NCBI GenBank assembly: GCA_028534125.1
Contig: CM052816.1
Span: 100,812,001-100,876,000, forward strand
Length of the DNA stretch: 64,000 nt
Origin: Lama glama
Taxonomy: Eukaryota
Direction: 5' to 3'
Shown here: positions 13,421 to 24,860 of the stretch, in pieces
How the letters are laid out: each line of letters starts with the position of its first letter
Numbering within the stretch: the first letter of the stretch is position 1
Program-made: the position numbers and the translations under genes
The notes under the pieces: generated by a model
Database searches by the model: none
What the model was told of the DNA's origin: nothing
Seen by the model: only the letters and a program-made list of their open reading frames with translations

Positions 13421-13879
13421 GCCTCTCCTCTCCCTTTCTCCCTTCTGCCCCACGTGGGCAAGCTGATAAGACAGCCTGGCTGTTCCCCACTTTGGCACCA
13501 GTGGGAGGTTGCGACCACTCGCCCCTGCCCAGGAGTGGGAACCCGCGGCCCTGTGCAAACCCCTCTCTGTGCCCTCTCAGGCCGTTTTCAGGCCAGTGGG
13601 GGAGTCTACTCTGCTCTCCCCAGAGGCCTCATTTTGGAATAAACAAACCCTTTCAAGCCGCCCGTCTCGGTCATGCGGTGCCATCAGTCCTGACACCTGG
13701 ACTCGGCGCAGAGCGGTGCTCCCTTCTGCGTCTCCAAGGTGGAGACCCCAGGAGAGGAGCGGGTATTGACCTGTCTTGTCTTATGGGGTTTTTACTTTCT
13801 TTTAAAATTTGTTTACAGTAAGTATTGCCTTCATAATTAAATTACTGCCCTTGCAATGAAAACCAGCAGTAGTAAAGCG

Positions 13880-14540
13880 GTCCTAGAGGCAGCCCGGCCC
13901 AGCCTGCTCTCGGTCCGTGGAAGAGCCCCTCGCCGACAGCGCAGCCCCCGCCGCCTCGGCCTCCCCGCGCCTCCTCCCGGGCGCCCCGCCGCCCGTCCTC
14001 GCTTCGGCCCGGCTCGGCCGAGCGCGGGGAGTCGCGGCTGGCCGGCTTTGCGGCCGCAGGCACTCTGGCCATGTAACAGGTGTGGGAAATGGTTTCTAAA
14101 TGCAGCGAAAATTATTAAAGCTCAATTATTCATGGCGCCCTGATCACCGTCCCCGCACTCCCTCCTGCCAGCTCCGGGCCCCCCCCCCAGACGAGGCGCA
14201 GCGCCCGTCCGCAGACACCCGGAGGCGGCGCTGAATGATGAAGGGCCGGCTGGTGGTAACCGCGTGATAACTTCATCGACCAGGCCGCGACTGCAGGGGC
14301 GGCGCTGCCTGTGTCCGTGCGGTGCGAGGTCGGCCGCCGTGACCTGCCGCCCCTGCTGAGGCTTTGAGTTGGGGTCTTCTTTATGAAAATAAAAAAGAGC
14401 ACGCCTCTAAGACCCAAGAATCGCCTTGGCCAGTCCTCACGCAGACCGGGCGCCGCGCCTCCACACACGGGAGGCACACGGCGCGCCCTCCGACGGACGG
14501 TCAGACAGGCTTCCACGAAGGACGCGAGGAAACTCGCCAG
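13880..14540. promoter_or_regulatory. CpG-island-like block with embedded AT-rich motif modules
   Basis: High CpG density; no repeat recognised. Confidence 0.55.
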
Positions 14541-14959
14541 TGTGTCGTGCAGCTTTTACTTGAGAAACATCCTTACGCTGCCTGCATTGTTCACTAGAAG
14601 AGTTGCTACTCTTTCCTGAGGAAGGCGGGATAGTTTTAGCGTTTTGTTCACTTCAGAACATTCACGTGGCTGAGTTGTTGTGCGACAGAGTAACGTGGAG
14701 GGAAACTCAGAAGGAAAAGGACGCATTTGAAAGTGAGCTGGTCTGCGAGAATCTAACGCACAGCCCTCCTCTACAGCCTAGTTTTCACACGGGGCTGGGT
14801 CAGATTTATCGAGAAGAGTGACTTGCTGCTTAGCAGCAACAGTTTGGTGAATAATTCAGAGGGTGTCCAGCTCCTCCACCCTCTGCTCTGTGCACCTGCC
14901 TTGTCTTTGGACGGCGTCCTGCTGACAACCGTGCCCCAGGGCCACCACCGGACCCTTGG

Positions 14960-15970
14960 GTGTGGACACAGCTCACTCAGAACATTCTGGTGGCAGTAAA
15001 ACCCAAGGGGCTATGAGGTGTCTTGGAAGCTTCTTACACCTGCTGGAGAGCTTGGAGGAGAAGAATGATAAGCCCACGGCTGTGAATGTCCAGCTCAAAG
15101 ACCAGGTGAGGAGTGAGAAAGTTTCTGTGAGCAACATCCGGGTGTGTCCTTTGCAGCTATAAAGTCGCACCTTCTGCAGACCAAGTCCACAGGCTACTTC
15201 TGCAAAGGGAAAAATGACAGCACAAAATTGAGTGCACGACTTGTGAAGGTGTCATATTAAATGCAGGACATTGACCAGGAAGGGTGTGGACCCAGAAACT
15301 TGGAATGGGGACACTGGGGCAGAATCTGATGAGGCTTTAAACTCAATCCCCCACATTCTGCCAAAATTCCTTTACATAACCCACCCCGAGAGGGGTCAGT
15401 CTCCCCTTGCCCAAAAAACCTGTGACAATCTCTCCTGAGATCTTGACCTGAAGGGGACCCTGATTCTCCTCAAGACCTCCCCGCCACCGGTGTTCCTGCA
15501 GCGATAGGAGCTCACGCAGGTCTGGGTCACTGCTGGGCAGCAGGACAGGCTGGGAAAGATGAGCTGGCCGTACGGGGGTGAGCACGGAGTGTGCCCCCTC
15601 ACGGGGTGGCCTGCACACAGAAAGAATCACAAGCTCTTGCTAATTTATATGAACAGAAACCTGTAGATTTCTAATTTGTAGTATTTCATAATTTACAGTA
15701 ACAGAAACCTGTAGAATAAGATTGGGAACAGATCCCTGGATGTCTCATCAAGGTAGAAGGAATGTAATGTGAAAACTGAACAAATAAATTGACGTGGGGC
15801 TCCGAGCAGAAGTCCGGAGTTCACAGGGCCACTTGCGTCCCCGGGGTGCCTCCAGCCGTTTGCTCCATTGGCCACTGAACCTTGGACCCAAAGGTCACTT
15901 GCAGTGAGTGGAGCTGAGATTCGAGAACTTCCTTCCAAGGGGGCTGGTGTGGGGCCTCTTCAGCTTTAGG
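14960..15970 (+). mobile_element. ERVL/MaLR-class (class III ERV) internal gag remnant
   Basis: ggacccagaaacttggaatggggacactggg (DPETWNGD motif), ttggaggagaagaatgataagc and gagattcgagaacttcctt match remembered ERVL-int gag in order; frames broken. Confidence 0.8.
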
Positions 15971-15974
15971 AAAA

Positions 15975-16200
15975 CAAATGTGAACAAAGCTTTAAAGAAG
16001 TGATACCCTGAGAGCTGTTTTATCGTATGCAACAGACAAAGCAGATTAATACCCAAAATAGGGGAAGAACTCCCTAGAGACCAATAAGAAAGAAGCAGGG
16101 ACGTCGCCCCGAGCAGGAAACACGCCACACTTGTCTAGAAATAAGGGGGAGCGGTCCTTTCCAGACGAAGTGGCACTTGAACCGCGATGCTGGTGAACGT
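15975..16200 (+). mobile_element. L1M ORF2 fragment
   Basis: ttaatacccaaaataggggaagaactccctagagaccaataagaaag resembles L1 ttaatatccaaaatatataaagaactcctacaaatcaataagaaa. Confidence 0.6.
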
Positions 16201-17129
16201 TTTCAAGTTTGTCAGCTGGATGGGGGTGAGGACGGGGGCTCATGGCCGCTGTAGGGGCGTGGGGGTGGGGACAGCCAGCAGCACGCCAGCTCGGCCGTCC
16301 CAACCCCAGGGCAGCCCCCCAAGGAAAGCCTTACTCGGGTGCACATCCCACCCATGATAGTCCCCACAGAACGGTTGTCAGATCCCGAGAGAGACAGCCT
16401 GAGACCAACGGGAAAGCGCCCCGCCGAGATACAGTCACCTCGCCCCGGAAGCTGTGGGCATTGCTTCAGGTGGAGAAAGAGTGACATCGCCTCCTACGTG
16501 GGGAACGGAGGCCAAGTTCAGGGCCTTCAGAGGAGGAGGTTATTCGGGCTGATCCAGGGGCCCCGGGCCAGTCTCGTGTGTCCGTGTGGGAGGGTGGCGA
16601 AGGAGGTCTGGGGCAGACCCCCGTAGAAGGGGCCACGCGAGGGTGGAGGCAGCCTGGAGTGAGGCCGATGCCAGCCGGGCCCCTGGACGCACCAGGACCG
16701 ACCCCTCCCCGGGCCTCAGGAGGCAGCGTGGCCCCGGGACACCTTGCGGCAGACGCTGCCCTCTGGACTGTGAGGCGATGAACCCTTGCTCCGTTTCCTG
16801 GTTGGTGGCCGTTTGTTGCACAGCCCAGGAAGCCTGCACGATCCCGCGTGCTCTCCAGTGTGCGGACGGCTAAGCCCATCGGGGTGTCTTCCTAGGCGCT
16901 CTGTGCTCCATGGGGGTTCTAGAAAGAGCGAAGTCCAGAACATACTACCCAGGTGCAGATGTGCAAGCTATTCAAGTGAAGAGTACAGGTGCAAAGTAGA
17001 GGTACGCACGTGTACAAGATGAGGGCATGGGCCGTGCACACGTCAAGCACCAGGAGGCTCGTGCAGGGAGGAGGGCTCAGCACGGTTCTGAGGAGGGGCC
17101 AGGGGACCGACTTCCATCTGTAAGTTTTC

Positions 17130-17670
17130 CTTGCGCCAATAAATTAAAAAGTCCAACGGAGACGTTTGCACTTGCTCATTTAAGGTGGGAGGTTGCTGGC
17201 TGTTTATGATAATATCCTCTGATTCCATTGTATGTTTTTCAGTTGTAAAAGTAAGAGTTAATCATATTATCATGTGCATTATTTCCAGATGGATTTATTT
17301 CCCTACAGCGTATAAAAGCCTTCCCATCCAGAGGTTTTACAACCACGGTGTGCGCGGCTCCAGCTGTATAATTTTGATGATGGGGGTGTTAGCGAAACCA
17401 GCCGCAGCCGCTGACAATTGACATCTATCTGTTTAATAGTTTAAGCCCTATTCTTTCTCAGTGTTCATGTTCTTATAATGCACCATTCGTTTTGTAGTTA
17501 CGTCTCCGAAAAATAGAATCTTGATCCCCTTCTCTCCATTTTTCTTAACTCTTCAATAATAATCCAGGCCATGGCATATCAGGATGGAAATTGCTTCTAA
17601 AGAACATTGTAATAAATACACGTCAGGCACATTACATGGGATTTGCTTACTTTTGATTTAAAAAGACAAC
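17130..17670. promoter_or_regulatory. Candidate conserved non-coding element / enhancer
   Basis: AT-rich island with no recognised repeat; CCAATAAA (17136), TTTATGA, TGACAATTGACA (17412), several TAAT cores. Confidence 0.5.
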
Positions 17671-18399
17671 ATTTAATCTAAGAACTTGGCATTTGGAGAA
17701 TTCATCTTCCAGTCCCAAAGCAGAGCTTGGAAGTAAATGCAGAGCCAGGGAAAGTGAACGTGCCCCCTCCTCCTCTGCTCAAAGTTCACCATTTGCCATT
17801 GGCCTCTCCCGCAGTGGGTGAGGTCACTGCGCACACTCCGGGGCTGGGAAAAGAGCGACCAGCCTCTGCAGCCGCCTTCTGCAGCCGGCTGCCATGAGCT
17901 AAGGAGGAGCAGGTCTGTGGGAGCAGGCTCTGAGCGTCTGCAGTCCCGGCGCAAGCGGGTCCCCGGGTAAGAGAGCACACGCGTTTGGGTGCTTCTGCAG
18001 CAGGAGTTGCCGTGAGATGCGCAAAGTTCAAACGCCGATTACATTCAGCACATTTCAGCGCAAAGGAATTGGTGGGAAACGAATGTTATGGGAATGGCAT
18101 TTCAGTGGTTTTACAGAGAGAGCAGAAGGGAGGCCTGACCTGTGAGCACATCTCCACTCTGTCCTCTTCTGGGCAGAGGAACAGGGATCCTTGCCCACTT
18201 TTAATGATGTAATATGAAACACAGGATTTCAGAAGGGAAAGGTTCTCTGAAGCTCTCGATTCCAATGCCTTCATTTCACATGAGGAACTCAGGCCCCATG
18301 ATGGAGCCCCTCCAGGGGGCCCGGGTTTGTGCATCCTGAGTTCTCTGGACCAGAAATGTGGGAAGAGTAACACGAGCCTCTTCCCAGTTAGAACTTCAG

Positions 18400-18940
18400 G
18401 CGACACCCTGGTGCAGCCGCATCCTTCCCATCCTGGATTATTGCCTCTGGACTGGCCACGCTGCTGCCACCGATTTGCTCAGTTCTTCCTGCAGCCGACC
18501 ACAAACGTCTTTGTAAGATCAAAATCTCAACAGATCACTTTTGTGCTTAAAACCTACCTGTGGCCCCAAGTTACCCCTGAATGAAGTCTCAAATGCATAC
18601 CCTGGAACACAAAGCCCCTGTTTTCATTCAGCCTGAGCTCTGGCCATGTTCCTGAATCCTGTGAGAGCCCACCCAGCGGCCCAAGTGTCCCCTTCACCAC
18701 CCTGGCCTTGGCGTGTGCTGTTCCCCAGCCAGAACACGATTTTCCGTCCCCACGCCCAATCCTCTTGGCTGAGACAACCTCATTCCGGTCCCGAGTCTGA
18801 CCTTCCTTGCTCCCGGATGTTTTCTCTGAGTGACTAAGGCAGCACCAGTCTTTGCATCTGCCCAACGTCCTGCTTTTCAGTGAACTGCCCTCCCCATACC
18901 ATCACAGTGTGCTGGTAGGGGTGCCAGGCACAGCGCCCTC
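18400..18940 (+). mobile_element. L2 LINE remnant
   Basis: caccctggtgcagccgcatccttcccatcctggattattgc and aaatctcaacagatcacttttgtgcttaaaacct match L2. Confidence 0.7.
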
Positions 18941-19128
18941 CCCTCCTGGCCGCAGAGACGGGCGGCAGCCAAGACCCCCTCAGACCTTCCACAGTCTTGG
19001 TTCTGGGTGGACGGTAACCCAGCCAGTTCTGCTGGTCCTTTCCTGGGATTACAGTGCAAATGTAGGAGAGGTGAGCTTTCTCCCTCCAGCTTCAGCTCCG
19101 TCTGTGGCCGCACCCTCCTGGGCTGCCT

Positions 19129-19130
<2 letters not shown>

Positions 19131-19160
<30 letters not shown>
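19131..19160. repeat. (AC)15 microsatellite
   Basis: Perfect dinucleotide run. Confidence 0.98.
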
Positions 19161-19163
<3 letters not shown>

Positions 19164-19179
19164 TGTTGGGGGGAGAAAG

Positions 19180-19340
19180 TGGCCAACACAGAGAGGGAAG
19201 CAGGGCCAAGAGATGAAGAGAAAGGATCCTGTTGACATAGTCCAGGCTCCTGGACCATCCATCCTGGGCTCCCCAGGCTATGAGCCAGTCTTGTTTCCTT
19301 GTTTAAGCCACTCTGGGTTGAGTTCTGACCCTGTCAGCCG
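19180..19340 (+). mobile_element. MLT1-family (MaLR) LTR 3' fragment
   Basis: gccaacacagagagggaagcagggccaagagatg...tgtttaagccactctgggttgagttctg. Confidence 0.65.
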
Positions 19341-19524
19341 TGTGGGCAGTGATCACACCGCTTTCCCCACTGCCTGTCCTCTATTTTTTTAAAAGGACCC
19401 TGTAACTGCCTGTCCACTGACCACGTTCCCCACGAGGAAGACTGCTCCCAAACCCCTAAGGTGGTTCGCATTTACTCTGCATGGTGTCTGGTAAATAAGG
19501 TGGGGAGGTGGAAAACATTTGTTG

Positions 19525-19602
19525 AGGAAAGGAAGGAAGAGGAGAGAAAAAGTGATGAAGGGAAGGAGGGAGAAAGGGAGGAAAAAAGGGAGGAAGGAGA
19601 AG
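19525..19602. repeat. Polypurine (GA-rich) tract, probably an expanded L2 tail
   Basis: Follows aaacatttgttga (L2 3' end-like); almost all A/G. Confidence 0.7.
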
Positions 19603-20051
19603 TCTGCTAAGTGTTGCCAGAGGAAGCCCGGCGGGTCACATAAGGAGAGCCCAGGGTTAGCCTGACTCAGACTCACTGCCCGAGGGCCACTCAGGCTCCT
19701 CTTCCTCCCACCTGCACACTGAGGGCGTCAGCCAAATGGTCCAGCCCCTTCCCAGCCTCGGCATGACCCTATGGAGTGGAAATGATCAGGTGAGTTTGCT
19801 GCCACCGGGAGGGCTCACAGAGACGCTGGACGGCTGCCCGGGGGGGGACACTGCAGTCAAGATGCAAAGTTTGGAGGAGGCGCTGGACTGGAAGCTTCCA
19901 TCTGAAAAATTTAGGAATGTCTAGCTTTTAAGAGACATAATAAATCTGTAGTGACCGTTATCTTTCCAGGTAAAGTCCCGGAACAGCACCTGTTGAATGA
20001 GTGAGTGAGTGAGCCAGCAAGTCTGCGCCTAGGGCCCAGGGAACACGTGTC

Positions 20052-20085
20052 TGCAGTGCAATCGCGTTGCCACTAGATGGCACCC
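20052..20085 (+). promoter_or_regulatory. CTCF binding site (core plus upstream motif)
   Basis: Core CCACTAGATGGCAC (20070-20083) fits CCRSYAGRKGGCRS exactly; TGCAG lies 13 nt upstream of the core. Confidence 0.75.
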
Positions 20086-21084
20086 GCGTTCGCTTCGGCA
20101 GCCGAGCGCGGGGTTTCCGCTCAGACGCAGAGTCGGGGACGTGACCAGAAGTGGGGGAGCATCTGCGTTCGTGGGGTCCCCCGGCCTCCTGCAGGCGAGG
20201 CAGCTCTCAGGACGGACAGTCGGCAGACAGGAGGCGAGCCGCCCACCCGCTTTCCCTGTTGCTGAGCCTGCTCTTTCCGGAAACCAAAATGAGTTTTCAC
20301 TAGAAGCCTCTTCACCTGATTTCGTCAGCACAGGAGGGAAGGTGGGGTTACCGCACGGAAGTTTAGCAGAATTACAACTGGGTTAAAAGACGGGCATGTG
20401 TTGTAGGCATTTATAATGAATTCAATTTCCAGAAAGTTCAGGTACCAAAACAAACAAGATCCGTGGGCCCTGAAACACCGCCTACTCCGTCAGCTCCCAG
20501 GACACCAGCCGCAGTGAGCCCCCCGTGGCCCCAGCCCTGCCCGACTAGGACCGCTCTCACACTGACTCCCCGCGTTCATCCTCACCAGCTTCCACACACC
20601 CGTGGAGAACTCCTCCCGGCCGCTGTGGGATGAAGCGAGGGTCCAGACCACTCAGCTCCCCTCCCTGCCCGCTGCCCCCTGCCCTGCAGACACCGCCCAG
20701 GAGAATCCCTGAACCTTGGTACCAAGACCCTGGGCCATGTACCACTGCAGTATGACTGGTTTAAACCTGGGCTGCAGATAAAACAGTGTTGCGTCCAAGC
20801 CCCCAGCCAGGACCCCTCCATTTTCAATGAGAAAACAACTGATTTCTAAACTATCAGCTCAATGCTCAATGTTTTGAAAAGGCTGTGGCTTCTCCTTGAA
20901 TCTCTGCAAATAGATAGGAGCGGGTTAGGGGCTCGGGTGAGCTGTGGACACCTGCAGGTACGTACGTGGCCTCCGGTGCCCCATCACACACCCAGTGCTT
21001 TGACCTCGGTAGGAAGCAGACCTGAGGGAAATGGAGAGGGCAGTGCCTGGCCCCCACCGGCCACACACACGTCACTGACAGTGA

Positions 21085-21185
21085 GAGCGGCCAGCATCCA
21101 TGCAGCGCTCCCAGGCACCCAGAGAGCCCTCCTGCACATTACCTCATTTATTTCCCCAGAAGCCTTGTGAGGTAGATCGAGTTAC
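21085..21185 (-). mobile_element. MIR fragment
   Basis: cacattacctcatttatttccccagaagccttgtgaggtag matches the antisense MIR 3' part. Confidence 0.65.
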
Positions 21186-22631
21186 AGTCACAAAACTACC
21201 GACTGTCACACTGACCACCATGCTCACCAGGGGCTGTCCTGCCCAGCCAAGGAGGCTGGCCCCTGAGCACAGGAGGTGCCCCCAAGTCCAAGGCATCCCC
21301 ATGTCATGTGAGGATGGAGAGAGGAAGTCCTGACATCTCTGAGCACAGGTAGCACCAAGGCCTGATCTGAAAGGAGCAGAGAATGAAAACAAAGCCAAGC
21401 AGGGACAGGAGGGATCAGAGGAGCTGGCTGCTTTGAAGTGCAGCCTGTGAGCGGGTGACTGGGGAGGCTCGCAGATCAGGGAGGCTGTGAGGTCTGGAAA
21501 GTGGAATTTCACGATGCCCTAGTGGTCCCCCGCCCCCACCTCTAGCTCACACCGCAAACCCAAAGCACTGGATCTCAGGGGAATCAAAGGCGGCAAACCT
21601 CCCCCACACAGGGCATAGGGTCCCCCAGAGCCGCCTCCTCACGGGCCACAAACAGCTGGAGATCAGCAGCGCAGTGTCCACCTGCCATCCTGCCTCATCC
21701 ACCGCTGATGGCAGGCAGAGTCAGAACGGTCTCCTGGAAGTCGCAAAAGGCTTCAAAACCAACCTTTCCCTGGTGAGGCGGGGAGGTGCCTGCCTCCAGC
21801 TTCATCACTCGGCGGGAAGGCAAGGAGTCCTTTGCAGGCCAATTATTCCCGTCTGAACTTCAAACACAGAACAACAAAAATTAATTCAATGGGAACTGGC
21901 TAGCTAGAAATGCAATCATGCTGCCAAGAAATAAGCCTGCTGCTCTGAAATCAATAACACTTACCCAGGGCATTCCAGCCGCTCCTGCAGTGCAGAGGAA
22001 GCCGCCCCCCTTCTGCAACTGGTCCAGCGGGGACCGGATGGCCCGGACGCCCCGGACGCATGGCAGCCACTCTGGAAAGGAAGACAGTGACGCCGCGGGG
22101 GGCAGAACCAGCCCGATGGGGGTACACGTCTGCGCCCATCTTCCAAGCTGCGTTGGGAGAGTGACAACCACCTCTTTGCAACGTGCATCAAGCCCTGGGC
22201 CCCTTCTCTGTTTGCGCCTCTTCAGTCAGTTAAAATCAAACTTTTTTAAAATGCTATAAAAAGACCAAGTCTCTGGAAAAGCCTGCATGACAAGCAAGAG
22301 TTTAGGTCTAATTACAAAACATAGATCATGTTGGGATCTGGGAGCGTCCTGCCTGAGTTCCACGGCTCGGAAAGGGTGGGCCCAGGGCCTGTTCTACTCA
22401 GTGATGCTTCAGCATTAAAGGCCGCCCCCCTCCCCCACGGGTAATGCTCACCTGTGTGACGCAGGTGCACTGGATGCAATGTGGGTGAGGGGTGTGGGCT
22501 GGAAGTGCAGCAGGGCTGAGAGCAGTGCCCTGAATGAGCCTTTTATTGGCAACCCTCTGCCACAACGCCAGGAGAGCCACGTGTATGTAAAGCACCATGG
22601 GGTCAGCTTAAGCATGTGCCCCAGTCTTCCA

Positions 22632-22960
22632 GCAATAGTTTGTTTCTTGTGTCATCTTGGCTGGGCCATGGAGCCCAGATATGGGGTCGAGTATTTTTGT
22701 GGATATTTCTATGGTGGTGTTTTTTGAGTGAAATTAACATTAAAATTGGTGGACTTTGAATAAAGCCTAATATGGGTGGGCCTCATATAATCAGTTGAAG
22801 GCCTGGCGAGAACAAAGACTAACCTCCCGGAAGATGAAGTGCATCTCTGCCCTGAGTCTCCAGCCTGCTGGCCCACCCTGCAGATTTTACACTCTCTAAG
22901 CCTCCAGCACTGCATACGTTAATTTCTTAAATTCTCTCTCTCCTCTCTCTAAAGACACAG
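22632..22960 (+). mobile_element. MLT2 (ERVL) solo LTR
   Basis: tgtgtcatcttggctgggccatggagcccagatat...tgggtgggcctcatataatcagttgaaggcct...ccctgcagatttt...ctctctct. Confidence 0.9.
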
Positions 22961-24639
22961 GCCACAGAAGCAACATAGTATCTCCACCCACAGAGCCTTC
23001 TAACCGGAGATGTCTTAGCTGGTGTTTTTTGTCTCTCTGCTTTTGTTAGTGCCTGTTTTTGCTGAATCCCTGGGTGTAGAAATGCAAGCTAGCATCCCAT
23101 AAATGTCTCTGCATAAAAAAGGAGTGGGATTTGGGGAGCATGGGTGGACCGCTGCTATCAGCCAGGTCAGAGGAGGACAGAAAAGAGAACGTCTAGGAAG
23201 GCGAGACAGGGAGACAGCTTTTGGAGAAATGATGCATCCAGGGCTTGGATGACGTGGGCATGAGGCTGAAATCCTCCTGGGTCTCCCCTGCAGAGTAAAA
23301 GCATCACTCATCACGCTCTCACGCACACATGATCCAGGCAGACGGATTCTCTCGGGACACGCAAAGAAGGACGCGAGGGTGGAGGGAGGCAGTAGGGCAG
23401 GTGGCGTCCCTGGGCTCCGATCCACCAGCTCAGAGCCTGACGTACACCTGCGTGGCACAGAAAGCGTGCCGCTCAGATCAAATCACAGACCATCTGCACA
23501 CACCCCCAGTCTCTCTGCACAGCATGGCAAATGCACCTCTGTTGGCTGCCCGGGGGTGGGGGGAGGCAGACGACATAGGGAGGGGATAGCCCTGGAGTTA
23601 GCAGTGACCTTGAGGACCCTCAGTTCACAGCTCCACCTCCTCTGGGGTTGGTGGGAGGAGGGGAGGGTGTGTCCACCTGCAGCTAACCCTTTGGGGGCGT
23701 CTTTTCATTACTGCCACACACAGAATATGTCAAGTCCTGGATCTTCTAGAAGGATCCCTCTGCTAATAACAAAGAAACTCTGCGCAGATTGAATAAGAGC
23801 CCAGCCCAGGTGGGGAGTGCTTGGAAGCAATGCTTCCCACTGCGGGACGCTCCCAGTTCCAGCAACTGGAAGGCACATTGGCTGAGGTGGGCTGCAGGGT
23901 GCCGAGGTGGCCGGAGACGAGGACATGCACCACCCACAGGCGTCCTTGCAAGAGGAGGATGCGGCTGGGGAGGAGCTTGGAAAAGGTTGGGATTGGATCC
24001 TTGGACCAAAGGATGGTGTGGAATAGGCACCTTCTTCTGGAATGCCCATTCCATTCTGGAATGTTCACATACAGGTGACAAGACAGAAACAAAACCAAAC
24101 AGAACTGCAGCTGAGAGCTCCGGGAAGTGGGTGACAGACGGCTGGGGGGCTCCCTGGCCCTGTGGGGCGGCAGGTGGAGCTCTGCCCCCGTGGGATCCTT
24201 CCCTGTCCTCCAGGTCAGTTTTCACCCCTGCTTACTGGGACATCATTGTACCCGGTATCTACCTCCCGGGCTGTTGTGCAACATAAAGCACTTGGAGACC
24301 CGCCGCACAGCCTGAGGACCCAGATGGGTTTAACCTTGACTCGCAGCACCATTGTCACGGTCCTTGCAAAGATGCTCCCCGGCTCCTGCATCACTGGCAC
24401 CCCAGCCCCTGCAGCCGCCCTCTCTGCGTCCAGCTCCTGTGACCCGAGGGGGCCGGGCGAGCCGGGAGACTGCTGAATACACACGGGCGGTCATCACAGA
24501 ATTGTGTCATCTGATAAAACTGACAACAAATCAAATCAGAAGACGTCGAGGCCGCTTAGTAAGTTATGGAACATCCACGGGATTCAGTGAAACACAATTA
24601 TTTTTGAATCATACTTTCAAACCCAACAGTAAAACAGGA

Positions 24640-24860
24640 AAGTGCCACTGTTACTACGTTAAATGGAAGAAGTGTGATAGCAAAACATTAACTTGAGTTC
24701 ATTCCAACGTTTATAACGGTTACATGTTTTTACTTTTGCAGAGAAAAGATGTGTTAGTATTCACCGTGATGGAATATTCATGTGTTTTATTTTTATACTT
24801 TTCTCTGATATCTAAATAGTCAAGAAATGCTTTTTTTAAAGCAAACAAACAAAAAAAGAG
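24640..24860 (+). mobile_element. Old L1 3' end fragment
   Basis: AT-rich, tttattttatacttttctctg-type L1ME tail ending in an A-rich run. Confidence 0.45.

Noticed and set aside
14960-22960. ERVL gag remnant and MLT2 LTR as parts of one provirus
   Set aside because: Same orientation, but the interval contains older L2/MIR elements and a CNE-like block and no recognisable pol sequence
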